From contig CAJMRM010000011.1 of the NCBI GenBank assembly GCA_905215775.1, forward strand, positions 49 to 64,048: 64,000 bases of DNA. The letters are read 5' to 3'. A program made the position numbers and the translations under genes. Below the pieces are notes generated by a model, which was given only the letters and a program-made list of their open reading frames with translations, did no database searches and was not told the origin of the DNA. This DNA comes from an uncultured bacterium (lineage in GTDB: Bacteria > Bacillota > Clostridia > Lachnospirales > Lachnospiraceae). How positions within the stretch are numbered: position 1 is the first letter of the stretch; every line of letters starts with the position of its first letter. This document shows positions 16,359 to 26,078 of the stretch, piece by piece.

Positions 16359-19238
16359 TTAGTCTCCGATCTCCACGTTGGAAACGTTCAGGGCGCTGTT
16401 ATTTAAGATATAATCCAGGTCTGTGTAGCCGTAATAGTACCGGTAGATGTTTTTGGCCGCCGTAGCTGCGTTGGACGAGGAATAGCCGTAGGGAATATTG
16501 ACGGTCACAGCGATCTCCGGATCCTGATAGGGCGCAAAGGACACGAAAAAGGCATGGTTGATGATATGGCCGTTCTTTGATTCCTCGGCTGTACCCGTCT
16601 TACCGGCAATATCCACCTCCAGGTCGCTGAAGATCTTCTTGGCAGAGCCATCCGAGATCACCTTTCTCATGCCGCTGTGGACCACGTTCCAGGTGGATTC
16701 GGCAATATCCACCGAAGACCGCACCTCCGGCGTATAGTCGGTGATCAGATTTCCCTGGGAATCTGTGAGCTTATCCAGAAGACTCAGATCGAACACGGTC
16801 CCGCGGTTTGCAATGGCCGTAATATAGCGGGCCAGCTGCACGTTGGAGTAGGAATGGTTGGCCTGGCCGATGGAGGAGGCCTCCGGCTTTTCCGTGGTCA
16901 TCTGGGGGCTCTTTTCCGAGATCTCAATGCCGGAGGTTTCGTCCAGTCCGAACATGGCCGCATATTTCCGGATCTTCTCGATGCCGAGCTCCGGAGAATA
17001 TGCGCCGTTTTCATCCATGGAAAGCCGGTGTCCCATATCCGCAAAGAACACGTTGCAGGAATTCATGATTCCGTGCTCCACGTCCAGAGGACCGTGCTGG
17101 CCCGGAAAGATCCAGCATTTTAAATCCGGCCTGATCTCGCTGTATTTACCGGTACAGTTGACCGTATCCGAAAGGCCGATGACCTTTTCCTCCAGGGCGG
17201 CCACAGCCACGATGGGCTTGAAGGTGGAGCCCGGAGCCTTCTGGGCCTGGGTCGCATTGTTGAACAGCGGCAGGGACATATCGTTGTTCAGCTTATTATA
17301 ATACTCTGCGTCCACTGTACCGGAAAACTTGTTGTTATCATAGCTGGGATACGTCACCAGGGCCCGTACCTCTCCCGTCTTCACATCCGTCACCACACAG
17401 CCGGCCGAGCATGGATCCAGGGCCAGCTGGGCCGGAGTGATCTCAATATCCGAGATCTTCTGACGGATGAACTGGAAGGCGTACTCGTCTCCGTTGGCCT
17501 CCAGCATCCGAACCTCTGTCTCATCGTAGGCCAGGATATTCTGGGCATAAAGAGCCAGGCACAGCTCCTTTCCAGTGACCGTCCCTCCGCCGATGAGATA
17601 TTTATAGATCCTTTTGGAAAATTCGCTGTCCGTCTCCAGGTCTCCGATCACATCGTCCACCAGGATCTGGTAGATATGGTCGGCATCGGAATATTTATCC
17701 TCCACCTTGAGCTTCGTGGTGTCGATCCAGTTTTCAGCGATGCCCTTATGAAGATACTCCCTCAGGCTCACCGTTTCCGTCGCCCAGGCTTTATACGCCT
17801 CGGAATCCCGGTCGATGCGGTCTCCCACCACCACCTCCTGGGATACCAGATAGGAATAAATATACTGCATGTAGGATTTCTGATCCTCTCCCAGGGAGGA
17901 CATGGGCAGGGCGTTTTCATTGAGAAGCTCCGACCGGATCCAGGAAAGGGTCTGCTCCCTGGACTGGCTGTACTTGGCGTATATGGACTTCTCCACCTGG
18001 GACGCCTCCGGAGCCGAGAATGCGTCCATATCCAGCACATTGTTATTGATCAGCTGGAAGTATACGTCCTTTACCGGAATGGGGATGTTGGAGCCTTTTT
18101 TATAATCCGCCTCCTCCAGATCCCGGTTCACCAGCTTGTTGGTGATGATCCCGGCCAGCTGCTGCTCCAGGAGATTATAGATTCCGATCTGCAGATCCCG
18201 GTCAATGGTCAGATACACGTCGTTTCCCGCCTTGGGATCCGTCCGTTCCACCACCTCCACGATCCGTCCCGTGCTGTTCACATACATGGTCTGGGAGCCC
18301 TTCTTTCCCTGGAGCTCCGGCTCCATGGACGCCTCGATGCCGGTCTTTCCCACCAGATCCGTCAGCTCATAATCGGGATTGGTCTCCTTGAGCTTCTCCA
18401 GCTCGTCGTCCCACACCTTTCCTGTGTAGCCGATAATGGGGGCAAAGTATACGCTGTCATTGTATACACGGATGGTGGTCTCCTCAATGGACACCCCCTT
18501 CAGATCCGCCGAGTTTTCCAGAACATCCGTCATGGTCTCGCGGCTCACGTTGGAGGCGATGGTGGTGGTCATATATTTCCGGTAGGCCGTAAAGCCCATG
18601 GTATAACGGATATTGATGATCCCCAGGGCCTCCTCGTCCGTCAGTTCCACAGGATTCCCATTCTCATCCGTCAGCTTATCCAGCTCATAGGCTTTAAATT
18701 TGGCGTCAAACATCTCCCTGGGCGTAATGTCCGAAGGTGTGCTCCCGTCCTCCGCATCCAGGCCAGACGCGGACTTTAAGCCGTAGTAATCGCTGATGAA
18801 CCGCTTTCTGGCCGTTTCGCCGGAGGTGGTATAGACCATTTCCCCGGAGGGCTCGATGGCCACGGCAAACTCTCCCTGTACCTTTTCTCCATGACGGTTT
18901 AGGATCTGCACCAGAAGAAGGAGCATCCGGTTTTTTCCTGCCGTGGTGGTATAGTCGCCGTTGTCCTGGATCGTCACGTTATAGGCCAGCTGGTTATAGG
19001 CCAGAAGATTCCCGTTCCGGTCAAAAATATTGCCCCGGGTCCCCGCCAGCTTTATGGTCTTTTCCGTTTTGGCCATATAGTTTTTCTGGTATTCCTCGCC
19101 TTCGATGATCTGGAGCCTGAAAAGCTGTACAGCAAGGATCCCGAACAGGAATACAAAAAGCACTCCCAGGATAAAGGTCCTGGAGGATAGGAGCTTTTTC
19201 AGGGACTCCTTCAGTATCTCATACAGATCGTTAAGCAA
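16359..19238 (-). CDS. mrdA: Penicillin-binding protein 2 (elongation transpeptidase) with a large insertion
   Basis: 959 aa with an N-terminal TM helix, pedestal motifs (RGNIFDRNG, TIDRDLQ), SxxK GSTFKP (Ser about 671), SxN NSCN and KTG GKTGTA. Follows mreCD. Confidence 0.85.
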   Translation of the reverse strand: MLNDLYEILKESLKKLLSSRTFILGVLFVFLFGILAVQLFRLQIIEGEEYQKNYMAKTEKTIKLAGTRGNIFDRNGNLLAYNQLAYNVTIQDNGDYTTTAGKNRMLLLLVQILNRHGEKVQGEFAVAIEPSGEMVYTTSGETARKRFISDYYGLKSASGLDAEDGSTPSDITPREMFDAKFKAYELDKLTDENGNPVELTDEEALGIINIRYTMGFTAYRKYMTTTIASNVSRETMTDVLENSADLKGVSIEETTIRVYNDSVYFAPIIGYTGKVWDDELEKLKETNPDYELTDLVGKTGIEASMEPELQGKKGSQTMYVNSTGRIVEVVERTDPKAGNDVYLTIDRDLQIGIYNLLEQQLAGIITNKLVNRDLEEADYKKGSNIPIPVKDVYFQLINNNVLDMDAFSAPEASQVEKSIYAKYSQSREQTLSWIRSELLNENALPMSSLGEDQKSYMQYIYSYLVSQEVVVGDRIDRDSEAYKAWATETVSLREYLHKGIAENWIDTTKLKVEDKYSDADHIYQILVDDVIGDLETDSEFSKRIYKYLIGGGTVTGKELCLALYAQNILAYDETEVRMLEANGDEYAFQFIRQKISDIEITPAQLALDPCSAGCVVTDVKTGEVRALVTYPSYDNNKFSGTVDAEYYNKLNNDMSLPLFNNATQAQKAPGSTFKPIVAVAALEEKVIGLSDTVNCTGKYSEIRPDLKCWIFPGQHGPLDVEHGIMNSCNVFFADMGHRLSMDENGAYSPELGIEKIRKYAAMFGLDETSGIEISEKSPQMTTEKPEASSIGQANHSYSNVQLARYITAIANRGTVFDLSLLDKLTDSQGNLITDYTPEVRSSVDIAESTWNVVHSGMRKVISDGSAKKIFSDLEVDIAGKTGTAEESKNGHIINHAFFVSFAPYQDPEIAVTVNIPYGYSSSNAATAAKNIYRYYYGYTDLDYILNNSALNVSNVEIGD

Positions 19239-19764
19239 TGGTCGTGTCTCTCCTTTTTTTCATCTCTTCCAGCTTCCTGCTGATGAACAGGAACAGGCGG
19301 TAAACAGCCAGGGTCGTCACCACCGTGAACACCGTTTCCGGGAGTATGATATTTACAAGATAATACCCGAAGCCCAGGCGTCCCCGGAACAGAAAGCCGA
19401 ATACGTACAGATACAGATTGTATGCCAGCTCATTGACCGCACTGAGGGCCAGAGGCAGCGTGATGTAGTCCTCATAATAATACCGGGTGGCGATCCCGTT
19501 CAGGTATCCCATCCAGATATAGAACAGCGTATAAAATCCCATGGGGCCGCCGGAGGAAAGGTCCATCAGCAGTCCGGCCACCAGCCCGTAGCACATCCCC
19601 GATGCGCTCCCCCGGATAAATCCGAAGGAAAAGATCAGGATCAGCAGCAGGTTCGGGTAGGCCGAGAGAAACGGCAGCAGCGGGAACACGCAGGTCTGGA
19701 CAGAAAACGCCAGCAGGATCAGCAGCAGGTTCAGCGCAGTCTGTTTTAAATTACTATTCATCAA
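19231..19764 (-). CDS. mreD: Rod shape-determining protein MreD
   Basis: 177 aa polytopic membrane protein immediately after, and overlapping, mreC. Confidence 0.8.
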   Translation of the reverse strand: MMNSNLKQTALNLLLILLAFSVQTCVFPLLPFLSAYPNLLLILIFSFGFIRGSASGMCYGLVAGLLMDLSSGGPMGFYTLFYIWMGYLNGIATRYYYEDYITLPLALSAVNELAYNLYLYVFGFLFRGRLGFGYYLVNIILPETVFTVVTTLAVYRLFLFISRKLEEMKKRRDTTIA

Positions 19765-20596
19765 ATTCGGGACCTGCCTCCTTTAAATCTGTGATCACCA
19801 GCACTTCCTGGAGACGGTCGAACTGGGCCACCGGGATCACATAGCCGGATTTCGTCAGATTGTCGCTGTAATCCACCGTGATATCCGTGGCATATCCGAT
19901 GAGGATACCCGGCAGAAATTTTTCACTGATGTTGGAGGTGACGATCATATCCCCGTCCCGGATATCGTCGTCCTTTTCCATATAGCCCAGATTCAGCCGT
20001 CCCTCCTTGAACAGCTTCAGGTCCCCGGAGACCATACATGTATCCCCGGACTGCTGGGCCATGGCGCTGACCTGGCTGGAATCGTCGATGATGGACCGGA
20101 CTGTGGCATAATTGGCCCCCACGTCGCTGACGATGCCCACAAGGCCGCCGCCGGCAATGACGTTCATATTTTCCCGGATCCCGTCGTCCGCTCCCTTATC
20201 GATGCGGAACACAGAAAACCAGTTTCCCGAATCCTTTGCAATGATCCTGGCCCCCACCTTCTGGTACTGCATATACTGGGTGTCCAGCTCATACAGCTTT
20301 CTGAGGCGCTCCAGCTCCTGCTGCTCCGCCCGGAGCCTGGTATTCTCCTCTGTAAGCTCGTCCACCTGGGCCTTCAGGGCCTCGTTTTCCTTCATGGCGT
20401 CCTTTAAGCCGGCCAGGGTACTGGCCTCTTTATAGATGCTCCCGCCCACCGCGTTGATCCCGGACTGGATCGGGACCAGCACATAGCCCACCGCGTTCCG
20501 CAGCGGATTTAAAAGACTGCCGTTTAAGGACGTAATGCCGATCATGCAGACGCAGACCGCCGACAGTCCGAATAAAAAATATCTGGTGTTTTTCAT
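19754..20596 (-). CDS. mreC: Rod shape-determining protein MreC
   Basis: TM helix, coiled coil (ENEALKAQVDELTEENTRLRAEQQELERLRKL) and a beta-barrel C-terminal domain. Confidence 0.9.
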   Translation of the reverse strand: MKNTRYFLFGLSAVCVCMIGITSLNGSLLNPLRNAVGYVLVPIQSGINAVGGSIYKEASTLAGLKDAMKENEALKAQVDELTEENTRLRAEQQELERLRKLYELDTQYMQYQKVGARIIAKDSGNWFSVFRIDKGADDGIRENMNVIAGGGLVGIVSDVGANYATVRSIIDDSSQVSAMAQQSGDTCMVSGDLKLFKEGRLNLGYMEKDDDIRDGDMIVTSNISEKFLPGILIGYATDITVDYSDNLTKSGYVIPVAQFDRLQEVLVITDLKEAGPEFDE

Positions 20597-20598
20597 TA

Positions 20599-21300
20599 TT
20601 ACAGAATTCCCCGTTCTTTCAGGCTCACATAGGAAGTATCCCCGATTATGATGTGGTCTAACAGCGGAATGCCCATTAATTTCCCCGCCTCCTCCACCCG
20701 TTTCGTAAACAGGCAGTCCTCCCGGCTGGGAGTGGCATCGCCGCTGGGGTGGTTATGGAGCAGGATCACCGAAGAGCCCCTGTAACGAAGGGCCTCGATG
20801 AACAGCTCCCTGGGCGTGGCCAGGGAGGCGTTGACCGTCCCCTTGGAAATATCCACGTCCCGGATCAGTACGTTTTTCGTATTGAGCACCAGGAGCTTCA
20901 CATGCTCCTGCTCCATATGGCGCATCTCCTCCATAAAATAATCGGCGATCACCGCAGGATGGTCAAAGACCAGCTCCCCGCCGGACCGGACCGCCTTCCA
21001 GATCCGTCTGGAAAGCTCTCCCACAGCCGCCAGCTGGATGGCCTTCACGTTTCCAATGCCCCGGACCGCCTTATAGTCCGGCAGCGTATGATGAAGAAGG
21101 CCGGGAAGTCCCGGAGGATCTCCCAGCGTCAATATTTCCTCCGCCAGGGTCCTGGCAGAGATATCCCTTGTACCGGTCCTCAGGATCACGGCTAAAAGCT
21201 CCGCGTCCGATAAGACCCCCACGCCCTGCTCCGCAGCCTTTTCATAAGGCCGCTCGGAAGCAGGCAGGCTTTTCATGGTTTCAGTTTTCTTTTCATTCAT
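20599..21300 (-). CDS. radC: RadC-family JAMM protein (UPF0758)
   Basis: HhH N-terminal domain and the JAMM motif LLHNHPSGD. Confidence 0.9.
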   Translation of the reverse strand: MNEKKTETMKSLPASERPYEKAAEQGVGVLSDAELLAVILRTGTRDISARTLAEEILTLGDPPGLPGLLHHTLPDYKAVRGIGNVKAIQLAAVGELSRRIWKAVRSGGELVFDHPAVIADYFMEEMRHMEQEHVKLLVLNTKNVLIRDVDISKGTVNASLATPRELFIEALRYRGSSVILLHNHPSGDATPSREDCLFTKRVEEAGKLMGIPLLDHIIIGDTSYVSLKERGIL

Positions 21301-21351
21301 TCTGGTACACCTGGCCTTTCCGGCTCTCCAAGTACCCTGCCTCTCCCGGTG

Positions 21352-21603
21352 TCAGATGAAATGATACGTCAGAATGGCGATGATCACGCCGATGATGCTG
21401 GCCATGGTGATCCGGATGCTTAAGCCAAAGGTTATGACCAGGATCCCCAGGTTCAACACCAGGGGATCATTGAGTCCAAAGGACTGGCCAAAGTTCAGCC
21501 AGGATAAGAACGGCACTCCCGACGCCGCCTCCCCGATGAAGCCGCCTAAGACGATACCGGATAAGACCATGAGCAGAAGCACCCAGGAATTTTTGCTTCT
21601 CAT
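21352..21603 (-). CDS. DUF4321 small membrane protein
   Basis: 83 aa with two TM helices. Sequence and position upstream of radC/mre match my recollection of DUF4321. Confidence 0.65.
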   Translation of the reverse strand: MRSKNSWVLLLMVLSGIVLGGFIGEAASGVPFLSWLNFGQSFGLNDPLVLNLGILVITFGLSIRITMASIIGVIIAILTYHFI

Positions 21604-21709
21604 GATATTACCTCGCGTATGCTACACAATATAACACATTTTCCCATTCAATACAATGCGTCCGGCCGGAAACCGCCGCCGTCACTTCTTAAAAGTTTCT
21701 TTAAATTTT

Positions 21710-22990
21710 TTAAAGATTTATGATCCCCGCGTCGCAGAGCTTCTGCAGGGACATCAGGATCCCCAGCTTTGCGTGGTACCAGGTGAGCCCGCCCTGGAAA
21801 TAAACGGCATAGGGCGGCTTAATGGGCGCGTCGGCGGAAAGCTCGATGGAGGCGCCCTGGATAAAGGCTCCGGCCGCCATGATCACGTCAGAATCATAGC
21901 CCGGCATAGCCCAGGGCTCCGGCGTCACAAAGCTGTCCACCGGCGCTGCCGCCTGGATCCCCTCACAGAACCGGATCACGCCCTCGGGAGTTCCGAAGGT
22001 GATGGCCTGGATGATATCGTGGCGGCTCTCGCTTCCGTTGGGGACCACGCCAAAGCCCAGCTTCTCATACAGGTTTGCAGCAAACACAGCGCCCTTTAAG
22101 GCCCCTGCCACCACCGTGGGGGCTAAGAACAGGCCCTGGTATAAGGACTGGCTGACGCCCAGGCTGGCGCCCACCTCTTTTCCCAGACCGGGGGCCGTCA
22201 GACGGTAGGCCGCCCGCTCGATGCAGTCCTTTCTCCCCACGATATAACCGCCGATGGGGGCAAGGCCGCCGCCGGGATTTTTGATCAGGGAGCCGACGAT
22301 CATGTCCGCGCCCACATCCGTAGGCTCCAGGGGCTCCACGAATTCGCCGTAGCAGTTGTCCACCATACAGATCACGTCGGGCTTTATTCCCTTTATGAAG
22401 GAGATCAGTTCTCCGATCCGCGCCACAGAAAGGGTGGGACGGGTGGCATAGCCCTTGGACCGCTGGATCTCCACCAGCTTTGTCCGGTCGTTGATGGCCT
22501 TTCTGATCCCCTCAAAATCAAAGCTGCCGTCGGGAAGCAGGTCCACCTGGCTGTATGTGATGCCGAATTCCTTTAAGGAGCCCACGGAATCCCGGATACC
22601 GATAACCTCCTCCAGGGTATCGTAGGGCTTTCCCACCGGGGACAGGATCTCGTCTCCAGGCCTCAGGTTGCCGGAAAGGGCCACCGCCAGGGCATGGGTT
22701 CCGGAGATCAGCTGGGGACGCACCAGGGCATCCTCGCCGTGGAAGGCCCTGGCATACACCTCTTCCAGGGTATCCCGGCCCAGATCGTTATAGCCGTAGC
22801 CGGTGGTGCCCGCAAAATGGATATCGCTGACCCTGGCCTCCTGCATGGCCTTGATGACCTTTAGCTGGTTATACTCTGCCACTCCGTCGATCTCCTCGAA
22901 CCGTTCCTTTAAAGCAGCCTCTGTCTCTCTGGCAAATTTAAGCACTTTCTCGGAAATTCCGAGCTGTTTATACATTCCTGTAAGTTCCAT
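21710..22990 (-). CDS. YnbB/aluminium-resistance family PLP enzyme (Cys/Met metabolism-like)
   Basis: 426 aa with FAGTTGYGYNDLGRD and GSLIKNPGGG (PLP lysine context). This is the conserved neighbour of miaA in Firmicutes. Confidence 0.8.
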   Translation of the reverse strand: MELTGMYKQLGISEKVLKFARETEAALKERFEEIDGVAEYNQLKVIKAMQEARVSDIHFAGTTGYGYNDLGRDTLEEVYARAFHGEDALVRPQLISGTHALAVALSGNLRPGDEILSPVGKPYDTLEEVIGIRDSVGSLKEFGITYSQVDLLPDGSFDFEGIRKAINDRTKLVEIQRSKGYATRPTLSVARIGELISFIKGIKPDVICMVDNCYGEFVEPLEPTDVGADMIVGSLIKNPGGGLAPIGGYIVGRKDCIERAAYRLTAPGLGKEVGASLGVSQSLYQGLFLAPTVVAGALKGAVFAANLYEKLGFGVVPNGSESRHDIIQAITFGTPEGVIRFCEGIQAAAPVDSFVTPEPWAMPGYDSDVIMAAGAFIQGASIELSADAPIKPPYAVYFQGGLTWYHAKLGILMSLQKLCDAGIINL

Positions 22991-23041
22991 GACTTCGTTT
23001 TCGCTCCTTTTTCTCTCCTCCGGCCCTGCCGCCGGTTCCCG

Positions 23042-23992
23042 TTACTCTATGATCTTCCGTTCCTTTAGATCCCCGGTCATCCATTCCAGGATCCTGTCCC
23101 GGTCAAAGGAAAACCGCTCCTGGTCCACCCAGGTCACGTCCCGCTCCCGCTTAAACCAGGTCAGCTGCCGCTTGGCAAAATGCCTGGTATCCCGCTTGAG
23201 GATATAGACGGCCTCCTCCAGGCTGGTCTCCCCGGAAAGATGATCTAAAATTTCTTTATATCCCAGGCCCTGCATGGACACCAGATCCCTGGTGCAGCCC
23301 ATGGCCTTCAGCTTCTCCACCTCGTCCACCAGACCGTTTTCCAGCATCTCGTCCACCCGCCTGTCGATGCGGGCGTAAAGCCTTCCCCGGTCCATGGTGA
23401 GGACGTAATAGGCAAAATTGTACGGTGAGGTCTTTTCTCTTTCGGCGGCGTTGTGGGCAGAGATCTTTTCCCCTGTCTTTTCATAAAACTCCAGGGCACG
23501 GATCACCCGCTTTACATTGTTTTCATGGATGGCCTCTGCCGATTCCGGATCCCGCTCCCTCAGCATCTGATGGAGGATCTGCGGTCCCTCTGTCTCCGCC
23601 AGCGCCTCCAGCCGGTGCCGGTATTCCATATCGCCGTCGTTTTCTGTAAAATCGATGTCGTATAAAAGGGCCTGGATATAAAAGCCCGTCCCTCCGGCCA
23701 CAATGGGGATATGGCCGTTTTCCCGGATCCGTTCCATGGCCCTCTTCGCCATATCCTGGAAGACCACCACGTTGAAGGCCTCCGCCGGCTCCAGAACATT
23801 GATCAGGTGGTGGGGGACCCCGTCCATCTCCTCTTCCGTTACCTTGGCAGAGCCCACGTCCATATGGCGGTAGACCTGCATGGAATCGGCGCTGATGATC
23901 TCACCGCCGATGCGTTTGGCCAGGGCCACGGAAAGCGCCGTCTTTCCCGACGCCGTGGGCCCTGTCAGTATGATTAAAGGCTGTTTCATCAC
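23042..23992 (-). CDS. miaA: tRNA dimethylallyltransferase
   Basis: P-loop GPTASGKT, plus QVYRHMDVGSAK and TRHFAKRQLTWF. Confidence 0.95.
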   Translation of the reverse strand: MMKQPLIILTGPTASGKTALSVALAKRIGGEIISADSMQVYRHMDVGSAKVTEEEMDGVPHHLINVLEPAEAFNVVVFQDMAKRAMERIRENGHIPIVAGGTGFYIQALLYDIDFTENDGDMEYRHRLEALAETEGPQILHQMLRERDPESAEAIHENNVKRVIRALEFYEKTGEKISAHNAAEREKTSPYNFAYYVLTMDRGRLYARIDRRVDEMLENGLVDEVEKLKAMGCTRDLVSMQGLGYKEILDHLSGETSLEEAVYILKRDTRHFAKRQLTWFKRERDVTWVDQERFSFDRDRILEWMTGDLKERKIIE

Positions 23993-26049
23993 ACGATCCT
24001 CTTGAATTTCTTTTCCATTTCATATTTGCTGATGGAAATAATGGTGGGCCGCCCGTGGGGACAGGAGTATGGGTTTTCCAGTCCCAGAAGCTCGTCAATG
24101 AGCCGGTCTGCCTCCTGCTCTGAAAGACGGCTGTTTCCTTTGACTGCCGCCTTGCAGGACATGGAGGCAATCCGGTCATAGACGGCCTCGGGTCCCGCGG
24201 CCCCGCTGTCCTCGGAAAGCCCGTCCAGCATCTCCATCAAAAGCTCCTTCTTCGCCAGGGAAAACAGATTGTCCGGCACGGCCCGCACGGCGTACTCGCT
24301 GCCGCCGAAGGGCTCGATCTCAAAGCCCACCCTGGTAAAAACGTCCATATGCTTCTTTAAAAGCTCCTCCTCCTGCATGGAAAGCGTCAGGATAATGGGA
24401 GGGCTGATGAGCTGAGAGGTATACTCCCTGGATTTTAAGGATCGGAAGGTCTTTTCGAACAGTACCTTTTCATGGGCAGCATGCTGGTCGATGATGTACA
24501 GACTTCCGTTGTATTCCACCAGCCAGTAGGTATCGAATACCTGGCCGATGAGCCGGTGGCGGAGCCTGGCCTTTTCCGAGAGCAGGCGGCCGTCGAACAT
24601 CTCCATCTGCTCTGCAGCCTGGACCGGAGGCTCTGTGCGATGGACCGGCGGCTCCGATGTCCGGACTGGCGGCTTCCCGGAGCGGGACACTCCCTCTTCC
24701 CTCCCGGCAGACAGCTTTCCTGGGCAGGCAGCCGGTTCTGGAAGGGCTTTTGGCTTCCCCTCCGGCGGCTCCTTCGGACGGACGGACCGTTCCGGCACGG
24801 CGTCAGAGGCCTGCGGAAGCGGCGCTGGCCGGCTTCCCGCCGTAAAGGGAACCGCTGCCCGTCCTCCCGCCTCCGCCTTCCGGTCTCCGTATGGGGACCG
24901 CTCCTCCGTGACCCCCATGGCTGCCATCCGTTTTTTCTCAAAGGGCTCCGGAGCCCGGCGGGAGGCCTCCTCCCCGGAAGCCCCATTCCCGGCTCCGGCG
25001 GTTCCCGGCTCCCTCTTCTCCTCTGCCTCCCTCTGTCCGGCGATCTCCACCTGGGGGATCAGCTCCCGGCCGGACAGGGCGGCCTGGATCATCTGGCACA
25101 CCGTTTTATATAGGAATTCCCCGTCCCGGAACCGGAGCTCCATTTTAGAGGGATGGACGTTGACATCGATGTATTCCGGCTCCACAGCAAAGTGCAGCAT
25201 GGTAAAGGGATATTTATGCTGCATCATATAGCTCTTATAGCCGTCCTCAATGGCCTTGGCAATGAGACCGCTTTTTATGTACCGGCCATTGATGAAATAA
25301 TTCTCATAATTCCGGTTGCCCCGGGCAATGGAAGGCCTTCCGATGAAGCCCGATATCCGGAACATCTCGGTTTCCACAGAAACCGGAAGGAGCTCCGCCG
25401 TGATCTCCCTGCCGTAAATGGTATAAATAATATCCTTCAGGTTATGGTTTCCCGAGGTATGAAGCTTATTCTGGTTATTGACGATCAGGCGGATGGAGAT
25501 CTCCGGGTGGGACAGGGCGATCTTTTCCACCAGATCCGCCACATGGGCGCCCTCGGTGGCCGCAGTCTTTAAAAACTTCCTCCGGGCCGGGGTGTTGAAA
25601 AACAGATTCCTGGAAATGAACGTGGTGCCGTCGGGAGCTCCCACCTCCTCCAGGCTCTTCTCCTGTCCTCCCTCGATCTGGTAGCGGCAGCCCGTCAGAC
25701 TGTCTCCCGTTTTGGTGATCAGCTCCACCTGGGAAACGGCGGCGATGCTGGATAAGGCCTCACCCCGGAACCCCAGGGAGGAAACCGTCAGAAGATCCTC
25801 TGCCGACCGGATCTTACTGGTGGAATGGCGGAGGAACGCCAGCGGGAGCTCCTCCCTTTTTATTCCGCAGCCGTTGTCGGTAATGCGGATAAAGCCGATG
25901 CCGCCTTCCCGGATCTCTGCCGTGATGGCCGTGGCTCCTGCGTCAATGGCATTTTCCATCAGCTCCTTCACCACAGAGGCCGGCCGTTCCACCACCTCTC
26001 CTGCGGCGATCTGGTTGATGGTCTTTTGATCCAGCACCTGGATCGGCAT
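23989..26049 (-). CDS. mutL: DNA mismatch repair protein MutL (endonuclease-type)
   Basis: GHKL ATPase motifs (ELMENAIDAG, DNGCGI), a long Pro/Glu/Ala linker, the C-terminal DQHAAHEKVLFE endonuclease motif and CPHGRP. Confidence 0.95.
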   Translation of the reverse strand: MPIQVLDQKTINQIAAGEVVERPASVVKELMENAIDAGATAITAEIREGGIGFIRITDNGCGIKREELPLAFLRHSTSKIRSAEDLLTVSSLGFRGEALSSIAAVSQVELITKTGDSLTGCRYQIEGGQEKSLEEVGAPDGTTFISRNLFFNTPARRKFLKTAATEGAHVADLVEKIALSHPEISIRLIVNNQNKLHTSGNHNLKDIIYTIYGREITAELLPVSVETEMFRISGFIGRPSIARGNRNYENYFINGRYIKSGLIAKAIEDGYKSYMMQHKYPFTMLHFAVEPEYIDVNVHPSKMELRFRDGEFLYKTVCQMIQAALSGRELIPQVEIAGQREAEEKREPGTAGAGNGASGEEASRRAPEPFEKKRMAAMGVTEERSPYGDRKAEAGGRAAVPFTAGSRPAPLPQASDAVPERSVRPKEPPEGKPKALPEPAACPGKLSAGREEGVSRSGKPPVRTSEPPVHRTEPPVQAAEQMEMFDGRLLSEKARLRHRLIGQVFDTYWLVEYNGSLYIIDQHAAHEKVLFEKTFRSLKSREYTSQLISPPIILTLSMQEEELLKKHMDVFTRVGFEIEPFGGSEYAVRAVPDNLFSLAKKELLMEMLDGLSEDSGAAGPEAVYDRIASMSCKAAVKGNSRLSEQEADRLIDELLGLENPYSCPHGRPTIISISKYEMEKKFKRIV

Positions 26050-26078
26050 AAAGAATCCCTCCCTTTTCCGTCCGCCTC

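Noticed and set aside
24435-25231. Cluster of overlapping ORFs and an apparent Pro/Glu/Ala-rich repetitive region inside mutL (EPPV/EPP-like repeats).
   Set aside because: This corresponds to the disordered linker between the MutL ATPase and endonuclease domains, which is normally variable and low-complexity. The mutL frame is uninterrupted.
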